Assembly (NCBI RefSeq): GCF_001194135.2 | Contig: NC_068991.1 | Span: 7,834,127 to 7,898,126, forward strand | Length of the DNA: 64,000 nt | Source of the DNA: Octopus bimaculoides | Lineage: Eukaryota | Reading direction: 5' to 3' | In this document: piece after piece, positions 23,820 to 36,800 of the stretch | Position numbering within the stretch: position 1 is the stretch's first letter | How the letters are laid out: the number at the start of each line of letters is the position of its first letter | Program-made: the position numbers and the translations under genes | Notes under the pieces: model-generated | What the model saw: only the letters and a program-made list of their open reading frames with translations | The model's database searches: none | What the model was told of the DNA's origin: nothing

Positions 23820-26800
23820 NNNNNNNNNNNNNNNNNNNNNNNNNNNNNNNNNNNNNNNNNNNNNNNNNNNNNNNNNNNNNNNNNNNNNNNNNNNNNNNNN
23901 NNNNNNNNNNNNNNNNNNNNNNNNNNNNNNNNNNNNNNNNNNNNNNNNNNNNNNNNNNNNNNNNNNNNNNNNNNNNNNNNNNNNNNNNNNNNNNNNNNNN
24001 NNNNNNNNNNNNNNNNNNNNNNNNNNNNNNNNNNNNNNNNNNNNNNNNNNNNNNNNNNNNNNNNNNNNNNNNNNNNNNNNNNNNNNNNNNNNNNNNNNNN
24101 NNNNNNNNNNNNNNNNNNNNNNNNNNNNNNNNNNNNNNNNNNNNNNNNNNNNNNNNNNNNNNNNNNNNNNNNNNNNNNNNNNNNNNNNNNNNNNNNNNNN
24201 NNNNNNNNNNNNNNNNNNNNNNNNNNNNNNNNNNNNTATATGCAAGCTGTGGCAGCATTCTAGAAGTGGATTGCTCAAGTAAGAAAGAATCATTCTAAAA
24301 AGGATAAATATTAAAACCCTTTAGTGTTCAGACTACTGTCAAATGGAGTGCTTGTTTATTCACATGTTTTAACCATGCATTATCATGTAGCTTTGAGGTT
24401 TTGATGACGTGATGGTGTATTTTAGAATGACATTGTAGTGTAGGCTTGAGAAGCTGAATCTGGCTTTTTTGAACGTAAAATGGATAAGATATTTGGGCCA
24501 GATATGGCTGGCTTAAATGCTAAAGGGTTAAGGGATTTTTTTTTTTTCAAATAAACATTCTGGCAAAGTTAAGAGAAGAAAACAAAAGAATTACATTCTA
24601 ACATTTATACATTCAGGAGAGATTTAAAAATTAAACGAGACAAACATGGAAAAATCATTTACCGAATTCAACTTTTGCTCTAACCGACTCATACGTGCAA
24701 GGCTCATTCCAGCCCAAGAGTCTAGTCGGTTAGGATTCACACAAATATCCAACATATAGAACTTAATTGCTTTCCTGGAAAGAAAAGGAAAAAAAAGGTG
24801 CATAAATAATTTTTGCCAGTAGTTTTTAAACTGTAAAGGCACAGTTTTTACAGTGGCAACAGAAAATATCTAAAATTTAATAATAGAAATGTATCAAAAC
24901 TATAGAAAAATTAGGCTATTATCTATGTTGTAAAGGCATGTAGCCTATTGATTAGGGTGTTGCAAGATTGTGGTTTCAATTCACAGATTGGGCAGTGCAT
25001 TGTATTCTTGAGTAAAACAATTTAACATTGTTCCAGTGAACTCTGTGATGGACAGAGTTAGGGAATGTTGTGATTTCCATCACTTATGTACTATGGAGAC
25101 CAGCTATGAGTCCTAAAATTTGAGAGTACTTCTCTGACTTATTATACATATCACAGATGAGTTGGAAGAGGAAGAGGATGGTGGTGAAAACTGTCTGGGA
25201 AATAGTAGTAGAAACTAGTAGTTGGTTTGCAATTAAAAGACAACAACAACAACAAAAAACAAAAGAAACTTACACTTGCTCTTTGTTCTTGAAATAATAA
25301 TCAGCCAGTAGGTAAAACAGCTCTTTGACAATAGCACTAAAAAAAATACAATGAAACTGAGATCAAGTAGTTTTTCAAAAAAAACAATTTCGAAATATTT
25401 TACTCTAGAAATAAAATTAATAGAATGTAGTTCTTTGAATATCTTAAAGATTCATAGAATGTTTTGTGTATTGATACGAATGGATAAATTGAACTATAGT
25501 AATCTACCAAAAATTTTACGTAGATTATATTTATAATTAGCTTAGCTTTGATAAGATGTAACAAAGTATGTAAAAAAAAAAAAGTTAAGTAATAACATAT
25601 TTGTACGTACGTTGTGACAGGTTTATCAGGAGGTATAAATGGTGGATCGTTGTGTTGTCCTTCGATGTAGGCGAGGACAGACTCGTATGTATTAGCTTAC
25701 AAAAGAAAATGGAATAAAATAGTTATCAATCAAAATAAACTTACAAATTTATAGGAAAAAAAAAATGGCATTAGCCTCATGAACCACAAAATACTGAAAA
25801 TTGGCATTTAACCATTTAGCAATCAGATTACTCATTCAAATGTAATGCTTATTTATTCGCATTGTTTTGAATTAACCATGCATTACCATGTAGCTACAAA
25901 ATTTTAATGATGTAATTGTGTATTTTTAGAATGACATTGTAGGGTAGACGTGAGAGGTCGGATCTGACCAGTATGAACATAAGACAGGTAAAATATTTGG
26001 GCCAGATATAGCTGGTTTAAGTGCTAAAAGGTTAATTAACTTAAGATTGTAACGTCGTGATTCAGCTATGCCTATATCGTCAAATCAATACAAGTAGGAT
26101 TTAGTCTAGCACTCACCATGGAAGCCTAATATTCTTAACATGCCAGTTATATCTTAAGGACTTAGATTTCTCATCAGAGAAGCAGTACTTGAATATTTTA
26201 ATGTTATACAATTACAGATAAGACTTCCCAAACACACTCTATTAGAATATAAGCAAGCAGGTAAAATAGAGGGAAATGTTTAGAGGAGGAAGTGGAAATC
26301 AAAATATACCTGGATTCTTTTCCTTTGGTACCAACAAAGTGATTCTTCGGGCTAAATTCTCCAGCTTCAATGATTAAAAAGCAGCAAATAATTATAATTG
26401 CATTGTGAATATAAAAATGAATTGGAAATAAATAAATAATAGGAAATAATTGTCAAAAAGTGTAGTGTCGAATACATTAAGTAATTACATTATTTTTGTG
26501 ACAAACAGTAATTAGAAACAAATTGATATTTCATAAATTAAGATATTAGTAATGTACGAGGCTCAGATTGGAATAGATTTACTGTTAAATGGATTAAGCC
26601 ATTGAAAGTCAAGTACCTTTAATGCATATTCAAACATAGGGACAGGAGTGGCTGTGTGGTAAAGTAGCTTGCTTACCAACCATATATATGTAATCTGTGG
26701 TGTGTTAATGTCATGATTATACTTCTTCACATTGCAAAAAACCATAAGAAAGAAACATAATTTACCTCTCCTGATACAGTGCTAGTCTTGTAACTGTCAA

Positions 26801-29800
26801 ATTCTGGCACGGTCTTAGGTTTAAAGTAATCGAACAATACTTGAGACATTTCCCAGTTCAGATTAATCTGAAATAAGCGAAACAGTTGTGAACCAAATTG
26901 GAAATTTACAATTGCATATATTTACAAACACTGAAAAATGAAATTTTCAAAGTAAAATTTGACTGAGTGTTCTATAGAATTGAATTAATAAAAGGTAATT
27001 GGAAATTTACATGATTACTGTGATAACGGAGCCAAGTAGATTAAATTAATTGATTTGATATTAATTATAAGTAACCATCCAACATGTTACTTTTTATGAG
27101 TAGAATATTAGGAGTTTTGCAGAATAGAGGATTGAAATTTTGTGCATGTCGATTCCATATCCTCCAGCAGTCTAGCTGTTGTGCCAAGTGCACCAATTAC
27201 CACAGGAATTATCACCTTCGTCTTCCACAATCACTTCATCTCTGGCTAGATCCCGATATTTCTCAATTTGTTTGATATTCAGCCTGTTATAATCTGGTAT
27301 TACAAAGTCTATAATGATCTTATACTGTTGTTTCTTTTGACCTCTACAATCATATCTGGTCTCCTTGCTTTAACAGTATAGTCAGTCCTTATGGAGAAAG
27401 ACCACAAAACCTGTAATCATCATTCACCATCACAACCTCTGGCCCACCATTTTTCTGCTACTTCAAATCCACACACTTGACAGACATCCCAATGCAACCG
27501 TTTACCAACACAGTCATGCCTGCACTGATGCCCTTTTTGTGCTAGCTTACAGCATTCACTTAAGTGATGGTTGATACTTTCATCTCCTTTTCCACAGATT
27601 TTGCGTTTGCTGTCTGAGTTTTATCAATCTTTGTTTCTACCAAGTATGCTCACACTAGATCACCTCCCACTGCCTCCTGGTTTGATAACTTATCCTTCTA
27701 ATGTCTTACCATCCACCTCTTGTTAGTTTGGACAGGATATTAAGACATAGATCATATATTTCAGACACACACATAAACACATTTGCTTACTAATATTTTG
27801 AACATTTACCTGTAAAGCATTGTGGTCTTGAAGATACTTGGATTTGCCTTTTTTAGTTGGATGTCCATATAAACAATAAATACATTGCTCAAAGGCTTGG
27901 TCAAGTTCATCTTTGAATGCATGCTTTGCATCTTCGGGATAATGAGCTCTTTCCTCTTTGATAACGGACATAAAAAACACTAAAAGTTCTCCATCTGATC
28001 TCGTGCACCAGGAATGTCTGGGAAAATAAATCATAATAATTAAAACTACACGATACATTCATTAAGGTTTTAATTATGAATAAGAAAGCAACCCTGCTAC
28101 CACAATAATATATCTGGAAATCTAAGCCATCCTCCTCCTCCTCATCGTTTAACAGCCATTTTCCCATGCTTGTACAGAAATTATTGAAGTAGACTTTTCT
28201 ACAGCTGGATGCCCTTCCTGTTGCCAATCCTCACTTGTTTTCCAGCAAGGTATTATTTCTCATGGCCAGACACAATTTTTCATGAGGGACTGGAAATGAA
28301 CAACATCGCTTGTTATGATGGTGATGCTCATTTACAACCATCATATGATGTCAAGACAAGCGTATATACACACACACACACACATATACATATAACAATC
28401 ACCATCGTCATTTAATACCTGTTTTCTATGCTGACATGGGCTGGTTGGTCTGACTAGAGCTGCACCAGGTTCCACTCTGATTTGACATGGTTTCTATGGC
28501 TGGATGCCCTTCCTAACGCCAACCATTCCAAGAGTGTCACAGGTAGTTTTTATGTGCCACCAGCATGGGAGCCATTTACATGACACCGGCAATGGCCATG
28601 ACTTCACCCTATATATATAGTCATGAGTTCAATACCCAAACCACTGAAGCAAGTACCTTCACTATATATATAACAAGCTTCTTACAGTTTCTATCTACAA
28701 ATTCCACTCACAAGGCATCTGTTAGCCCAAGGATATAGAAGACATCTCCTCACAATGCCACACAGTGGGAACAAATACTATACCCCATTGTTATAAATAT
28801 ATGGTTTCAATATAATAAGTAGACATTACTCACCTGCCCAGGTAATCATGTGCCACATTCAGCAACATTAGTGATGAGCTCAGAGAATTATCTAAGATTT
28901 CACTTTCAGATTTATTCGCTGCTTGAGTTGAGTGGAGTTTAGATTCTTCACTGTAAAGATTCAAATGGAAAATTAATAAAACAATTCAACATTCTCAAAT
29001 GCAGTACAGAGAAAAACTGTTTGCGTAAATACTTGTACAAATAAATATTCGTGCCATTCTTACAAGTTACAAGAAAATTATGATTCATGAACTAAACTAA
29101 ATCTACTTCAGAATAGATGATTTTAGAACTATGTCAATTCTCCAAAGGATGGATGGCTTTGGAATGAATTTCCTTGTAAGAATATATATATATATATATA
29201 TTACTATTTCGTTTTTGTATTTGGTTTGCACGGTTCTTTACGTGAATTTGTGTGTTGAAGACTATTTTATTGTCTGAGATAGTCATTTTCTTTTAGTGTC
29301 TTATTATTTAACACACTCACCAGTTCAATTTCCATTCATTTACTTATTTATTTCTTCTAAAATTTTCTTTGTGTCTTGCAACCTTTTCAATAGTTATTGA
29401 CTCTCAACGACTATTGAAAAGGTTGCAAGACACAACGAAAATATTAGGAAAAATAAATAAGTGAGTGGAAATAACAAATTCCCATGCCGGGAATCGAACA
29501 CAGGCTGCCTGGGTTTAAGCCAGGAATCCTAACCACATTTCTACTAAACATAAAATATTTAAACATTTTATAAAATTCCTAAAAATATTTTAATCATAAA
29601 AGTATAATAGGGAGTTTTTAGACATCGAATGGCTATGAGGGTCCACCACTGAGTAAAATAGGAATCAAAAGGTCCATCAGTAAAAAATAGTTGAGAACCT
29701 CTGGTGCATATCATCTTAGAACTAGAAGTTTGTATCATAGGACCAGGAGTAGTCTTGGACAGGTTAGTATCAAAAGAGTCAACCAGTGTGCTGCTATTTT

Positions 29801-32800
29801 TTAATCTTTCATTTTAAATTGTGAAAAATTCATTAAAAAACCATTAACATGCATATTGACAATAACTTTAATCAATCAGAAGATTTATAAATCAGTCTAA
29901 TGAGAAGATTTTGGATGCAGCAGAGTTCCTGGTAGACATCAGTATGATGGCATACATAAGGAAACAGAGAGGGGAAAAACACACACGCAGCACAGATAGC
30001 AAAGTGTTGCAGTATACAAAAATGTACACTGTAACTTGAATAATTACTAATTTAACAAAATAAGTGTTGTTAAAAAGCACTAACTTTCTGATAATGTGAT
30101 ACAGCAATTTCCACGGTAAAACTGTAGGAATAGGCATATCAGTAGCGTACTCTGGTACATCAACAGAATCTGAAATCACTCTAATTAAATTTTTAGCAAT
30201 CCGTAGAGTACAGGCTGGAGTTAGTTCTTTTATGCTTGATGGTTCATTTAGGATAGCTCTACAAAACAAAATGGAAACAGAAGTTACAGACAGAAGATTT
30301 TAAAGGACAACAATGAAAACATAAAATAAAAAAAACAATAAGCAAAGAAGAAAATAACCAAAAAATATTAAAATACTACTTTGTTTTAAATATCTTTCCT
30401 GTGTTAATTTTTAAAGCTTCCCGACGCTTCTCCTATTTTAGACCCTCATCTTCTAACATAAAGCTTCCCCCTCCACCAACCCCAAGCTTCCGTTTTGGGT
30501 TTGTAGTTTTGCATGGAGACCTCAGTGGTGCTGGTAGCTTGAAAAAAGCACTCAGTATATGCTGTAAAATGGATTTTGTCACACCATGAAACATGGATGT
30601 TAAATGATGATGATATAATTCTGCTTTAGTGTTAGGAAAAAAATTCATTAAACTATATTATTAATAATGGCTCCAGTATTTGTTCTGACTCTTTATACTG
30701 AGTTCAAACTCCATGACCAACTTTGCCTTTCATCCCTCTGGGGGTAATAAATAAAGTACCAACCAATATACAAGACGTAATTAAAACTTATAAGCTTTTA
30801 CTACAGGGAAAAATATAATTGTATTGTTAATGAATGTTTAAACTATGTAAAATCTGCCATGTTGATGATTGCCAAAAATACATAGAAATTGAGCAAGTTA
30901 AAAGAATATACGAACTCATCCATTCCAGCGAAAAGCTGAATCATAAAAGCAATCCAGTCATCTTTAACGGTGTGAGAATTACTTTCTCTGTACATCTGCA
31001 GACTCTCGTTAAATACAACTTCACCCCACAAAACATATTTCTGAAAAATAAAAGTATTTCACATATCAATTATTATATCTATACCTCTCTATCTNNNNNN
31101 NNNNNNNNNNNNNNNNNNNNNNNNNNNNNNNNNNNNNNNNNNNNNNNNNNNNNNNNNNNNNNNNNNNNNNNNNNNNNNNNNNNNNNNNNNNNNNNNNNNN
31201 NNNNNNNNNNNNNNNNNNNNNNNNNNNNNNNNNNNNNNNNNNNNNNNNNNNNNNNNNNNNNNNNNNNNNNNNNNNNNNNNNNNNNNNNNNNNNNNNNNNN
31301 NNNNNNNNNNNNNNNNNNNNNNNNNNNNNNNNNNNNNNNNNNNNNNNNNNNNNNNNNNNNNNNNNNNNNACATATATATACATACACATACATATATATA
31401 CATACACATACATATATATACATACACATACATATATATACATACACATACATATATATACATACACATACATATATATACATACACATACATATATATA
31501 CATACACATACATATATATATATACATGTATATATATATATAAAATAAATTGGGATAGCAAAGAGATAAACAATTATAGAATGTTTCCAGTTAGGATATA
31601 TCACTGTAAAGAGAGAGAGGGAAGGAAGAGGGGGAGAGAGAGAGGGAAGGAAGAGGGGGAGAGAGAGAGGGAAAGAAGAGGGGGAGAGAGAGGGAAAGAA
31701 GAGGGAGAGAGAGAGGGGAGGGAGAGAAGGAAGGAAGAGGGGGAGAGAGAGAGACTGTAGAGTTTGGGTGAGTAAAGGAAATAGTCCTGTGATTAGCATA
31801 TTCAAATATGCAAAACTATCTTCTTATCAAGCAAAAGGTACTCTAAGTTATTGTTTAAATGTCTGTTTTTTGATGATGACATGGTCGGTTGAGTAGGTAT
31901 TATGGTCTATTAACCACTCAAGTCAATTATATTGATGCCTTACCTGAGGGTTATTTAATTTTGATAAAGAATCCATCATCAGCTGTAACTGAGCTCGTCT
32001 GTCAGGAATTGCTATACCTGCCTCTAGAAGCTGTGAAAATACGCAAATAAAGAAAAGAATTTAGGATTTAAATAGAATAACAAACATCAGAAACCCGTAT
32101 AAAATCACACACACACACACTTCAGGCAGGTAAAACATCCCTGCTCAGATTGACACCATCGTTAGTACCTTTAGTGGAGCTCAATTCTAGGGTAAACATT
32201 CCAACCAAATTTTCCTGCATCTATTCCTTGTATTTTTGGCTCAGTCAAGTCAGACCCTTGTAGTATATACTGATGGAGCCCTTTCTGACCTACACTGTCA
32301 ACTGAAGCATTCCTCAGGATAAAGGGTTCTCCCCACAACATTCTTATACATCAGCTACCTACTTGCCATCACCCCCAATAAGACCCACTTCAATGCGTGG
32401 CACTTACCCTTCATTTCTCCTTAACCTTCCACACTTAAGAGCCACCCATACATAACTGAAATACCTCTTGCCGGACCCGCAGTAATTCCATGAACAAACA
32501 CCCTGAAAACATATATATAAAGGTACAAAATAGTTTAAGAAATACTGCAAAAGAAGAAGCTTACTTCAGCAGAAGTTGTAACAAGTACATTTCTTTTGGG
32601 TTTGTCAACAGGATCTGAGAATGTTAACTTCAACAGATCTACGACTTCAGCATATTCTTCACACTCATACAGTTTCTGGGTTTTCTCAAGTGACTGGCAA
32701 CGCTTCAATAAATCTTGTTGTTTCTTGACTTTCTCTGAAATAGTAAAACATTTCCCCATCAGTAATGACTGGTATATATCTGAACATCACAATATTAATT

Positions 32801-33796
32801 ATTTAACTTCTTCTCAAGCAACGACCTGCAAGAATGGAATCGTCACTCCCATTTGAAATTACTGACAGCAGGTTAGGAGTGCACAGTCGTCCACGCTTCA
32901 TTCATACATCATTGTTGTTTTAACTCTCACTCTTTCTCTCTTACTTGTTTCAGTCATTTGACTGCGGCCATGCTGGAGCACCGCCTTTAGTCGAGCAAAT
33001 CGACCCCAGGACTTATTCTTTGGAAACCTAGTACTTATTCTATCGGTCTCTTTTTGCCAAACTGCTAAGTTACGGGAACGTAAACACACCAGCATCGGTT
33101 GTCAAGCGATGTTGAGGGGACAAACACAGAGACACACACACATATATATACATATATACGACGGGCTTCTTTCAGTTTCCGTCTACCAAATCCACTCACA
33201 AGGCTTTGGTCAGCCCGAGGCTATAATAGAAGACACTTGCCCAAGATGCCACGCAGTGGGACTGAACCTGGAACCATGTGGTTGGTAAGCAAGCTACTTA
33301 CCACACAGCCACTGCCCACTTTTCCATGCTTGCATGGGCTGGATGTCAAACTGTTTGCTACACCAGCTGTGACCTGGTCCCTGAACTGAGAGTGCCACTG
33401 CAGTGCTTCTTAGTGCCCTTGTTATATATATTTTTCTACTCTAGGCACAAGGCCCAAAATTTGGAGGGAGTTGGGGAGTAGTCGATTAGATTGACTTCCA
33501 GTACGCAACTGGTACTTAATTTATCGACCCCAAAGGGATGAAAATCAAAGTAGACCTCAGCGGAATTTGAACCCAGAACGTAAAGACAGATAAAATACTG
33601 CTAAGCATTTCTCCCGGTGTGCTAACGTTTCTGCTAGCTTGTTGTCTTAATATTCTTTTCTACTCTAGGCACAAGGCCCGAAATTTTTTTAGATCATCGA
33701 TCCCTTGAATAGTCTCATTGACTCTCCCACTCCCAGGAGTTGATATTGACCACTTTGGAGACCCTTGCCTTAAAGCCAGGAACTTTTCAGTACCCC

Positions 33797-33846
<50 letters not shown>

Positions 33847-33848
33847 TG

Positions 33849-33884
<36 letters not shown>

Positions 33885-36800
33885 CATGTTTTTAGTGAAT
33901 GCTGACTTACCTGCTGAAATGATTTCATCCATGTGGCAGTTGGGTAAATGGACCCTGGATAAAGATATATTCTCTTCAGCGTATGCTAGATACTGTAATA
34001 CCTGAGTAAAAAGAAAACAAAAGGCATCATGAAAACATCTTATGAATAAACTGATAATAGAAACATATGGTAAAAAGCATAAGTGATTAATGACTGGCTT
34101 CTGTAACATTTAAAACAGAAGCATTGGCGTTGTATCTTCCTACTTGTTCATCACATTGAAGAAGGTCATGTAGATGACACTTTGAAAAATACAAATAACT
34201 TCAATTGAGAAGATCAAAGCATAACTCACCTTATCAAAGTAGTCAAATGCTTCATCTATTTCTCCTAGGAGTGTACAGAACCTTGCTTTCAGCCAAAATG
34301 CTGGTTGAAGAAAAGATATTGAAATACAAATGTTTTTGATACAACATAAACGAATACCACCAATTTATTTATGTAAATTATTCTTTTCCTTTTTGTCTTG
34401 CAGGATTGTAGCGCCATGTGGGGTGGGGTGGGGACTTGTGCCAGTGCCACATGGGGGACACACTTGTGCAAGCGTCATGTGAGGGGCGCTTGTGCTAGTG
34501 CCATGTGGGGGGGCACTTGTGCTGGTGCCACATGAAGGGCACTTGTGCTGGCGTCACGTGTAAAGCACTCATGCTGGTTCTAGGTGAGAAGTACTCCTGC
34601 CAGTGTCAAGTAAAAAGCACTTGTCTAGATACAACATAAAAGCACCTGTGCTGGTTGGCTGCAGGAAGGGCATCCAGCTGTAGAAATCATGCCAAAGCAG
34701 ACACTGGAGCACGATGTAGTCCTTGGACCCATCATATCCTGTCAAACCATCCAACCTATGCTAGAATAGAACACGATCATCAAATGATGCTGTTGCTACT
34801 ACAGATGATGGTTAAAGAGATGGTAGCATGGCATGTTTTGGAGAAACTCACAACTGGTTCAATAATAGCCATTAACCTTCGGTCACCACTCTTTAAAAAA
34901 AAAGGGGGGGGATAAAAGAAAAGAAAAACAATAACAGTAAACAATCCAAATGAANNNNNNNNNNNNNNNNNNNNNNNNNNNNNNNNNNNNNNNNNNNNNN
35001 NNNNNNNNNNNNNNNNNNNNNNNNNNNNNNNNNNNNNNNNNNNNNNNNNNNNNNNNNNNNNNNNNNNNNNNNNNNNNNNNNNNNNNNNNNNNNNNNNNNN
35101 NNNNNNNNNNNNNNNNNNNNNNNNNNNNNNNNNNNNNNNNNNNNNNNNNNNNNNNNNNNNNNNNNNNNNNNNNNNNNNNNNNNNNNNNNNNNNNNNNNNN
35201 NNNNNNNNNNNNNNNNNNNNNNNNNNNNNNNNNNNNNNNNNNNNNNNNNNNNNNNNNNNNNNNNNNNNNNNNNNNNNNNNNNNNNNNNNNNNNNNNNNNN
35301 NNNNNNNNNNCCCCCCCCAATAACCCGTTTAAAGCTGTTGCAAATTAAAATCAGGACACAAAGAAACATGATAAAGTGAAACAAAACATTGATTGATACC
35401 TCATAAGTGGATTCAGTAGACAGAAACTGAAAGAAGCTTCCCCATGTGTATGTGAGAGAGAGAGAACTTGTAATTCCCTCATTTACATGTGTGTGTCTGT
35501 TAACAGACTGTAAACAATGGCTTTGCTAAGGGTGTTGTTATTTGCAGTGCACCACAAAAACATGCTGTGCAACCTTTGTAAACAAAAGGCTTGTTCATAT
35601 AAACAAAACAGATTTTAAACAGAATAATGCAAAAAAACAAACAAAAATAACCCAGTAATTATCTCTATAATATAGGTATATATAATTCAGAAGTAGTTAT
35701 TAAGAGGTGATGAAAATATACATACTTATTTGAAGAATTCATAGGAGCTTTGATTTTTGCTTTTTTCATCAGCCATTGATCTAACTTGAGTTCAGCCCAT
35801 ACAAGCACCATCTGAAAATAGAAGCAGAAAATGTGTTTATTATGCCATTCTAATTCACATTGTTGATATGTCTTTTGTATCACTGAATTAAAATGTTCTT
35901 AATTCCTCTCAAGATAATCCTCTCCTTCATCTCCCGTTGTGTCCGTTATATTAAGATTCTCAGCTTTATGGTGACATCATCAACATAATTTAATGTCCAT
36001 GCTTCACGCTGGCATAGGTTGGACAGTTTGATAGGATCTGATGGGCCCAAGTACTGCATCGTGCTCCAATGTCTGCTTTGATATGGTTTCTACAGCTGGA
36101 TGCCCTTCCAAATGCCAACCACTTCACAGAGTGTACCGGGTGCTTTTATGTGACACCAGCACTAGTAAAGTTGCCATGCAGCTTGCAAGACTATAAACCT
36201 CAAAGAGCTGGGGCAGGCAACTTTATGTTAGGAGAATAAAGAGTAGAGAACGGTAAAGTGTGAAAGAAAAGGGATGGAGCAGAACCAGTTTCTTGCTGTA
36301 GAGAAGCTACATGACTATTCAACACTTTTAGAAGAGTGGGGGAACTGGAAAGCGAGATAAGTAGTGATGAGGTATCATCACTGTAGGCTCAAAACAATTA
36401 ACAGACAAGCATATTTAAAAAGGGCTCACTCTACTACAAACTAACACAAAAATCGTGAAGGATTAACAACTACATTAAAAAGCTTCGAATATTTATACCG
36501 GTATACAGGAAGGCGATGTCAAGGTTCTTGCAGGTCTATAATAGTGCTTTTAATACAAGTATGAAGCCTGAAATTTCGATAGGTGGGGTTAGTTGGTTAA
36601 ATCTGACCTCAGTATTTAACTGGTACTTCATGGACACTTGAGAGATGAAAGTCAAAGTTGTTCTTTTCATAGCTACAACAATTGTCACAATCCACTTGAT
36701 TTTTTTTATCAACACAGATTCTCAGATCAAATCACTTGCTAAACAAATCTACTCAAGAATATGAAATAATTTAAAAAAAAAAAAACGTACTTTGCCCATT

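Noticed and set aside
30433-30648. 71-aa minus-strand ORF inside an intron
   Set aside because: Derived from a decayed RTE-UTR repeat; flanking exons join in phase without it.
32465-32502. AG/GT-bounded 38-nt segment after exon 21
   Set aside because: Would shift the frame; exons 21 and 22 already join in phase 0.
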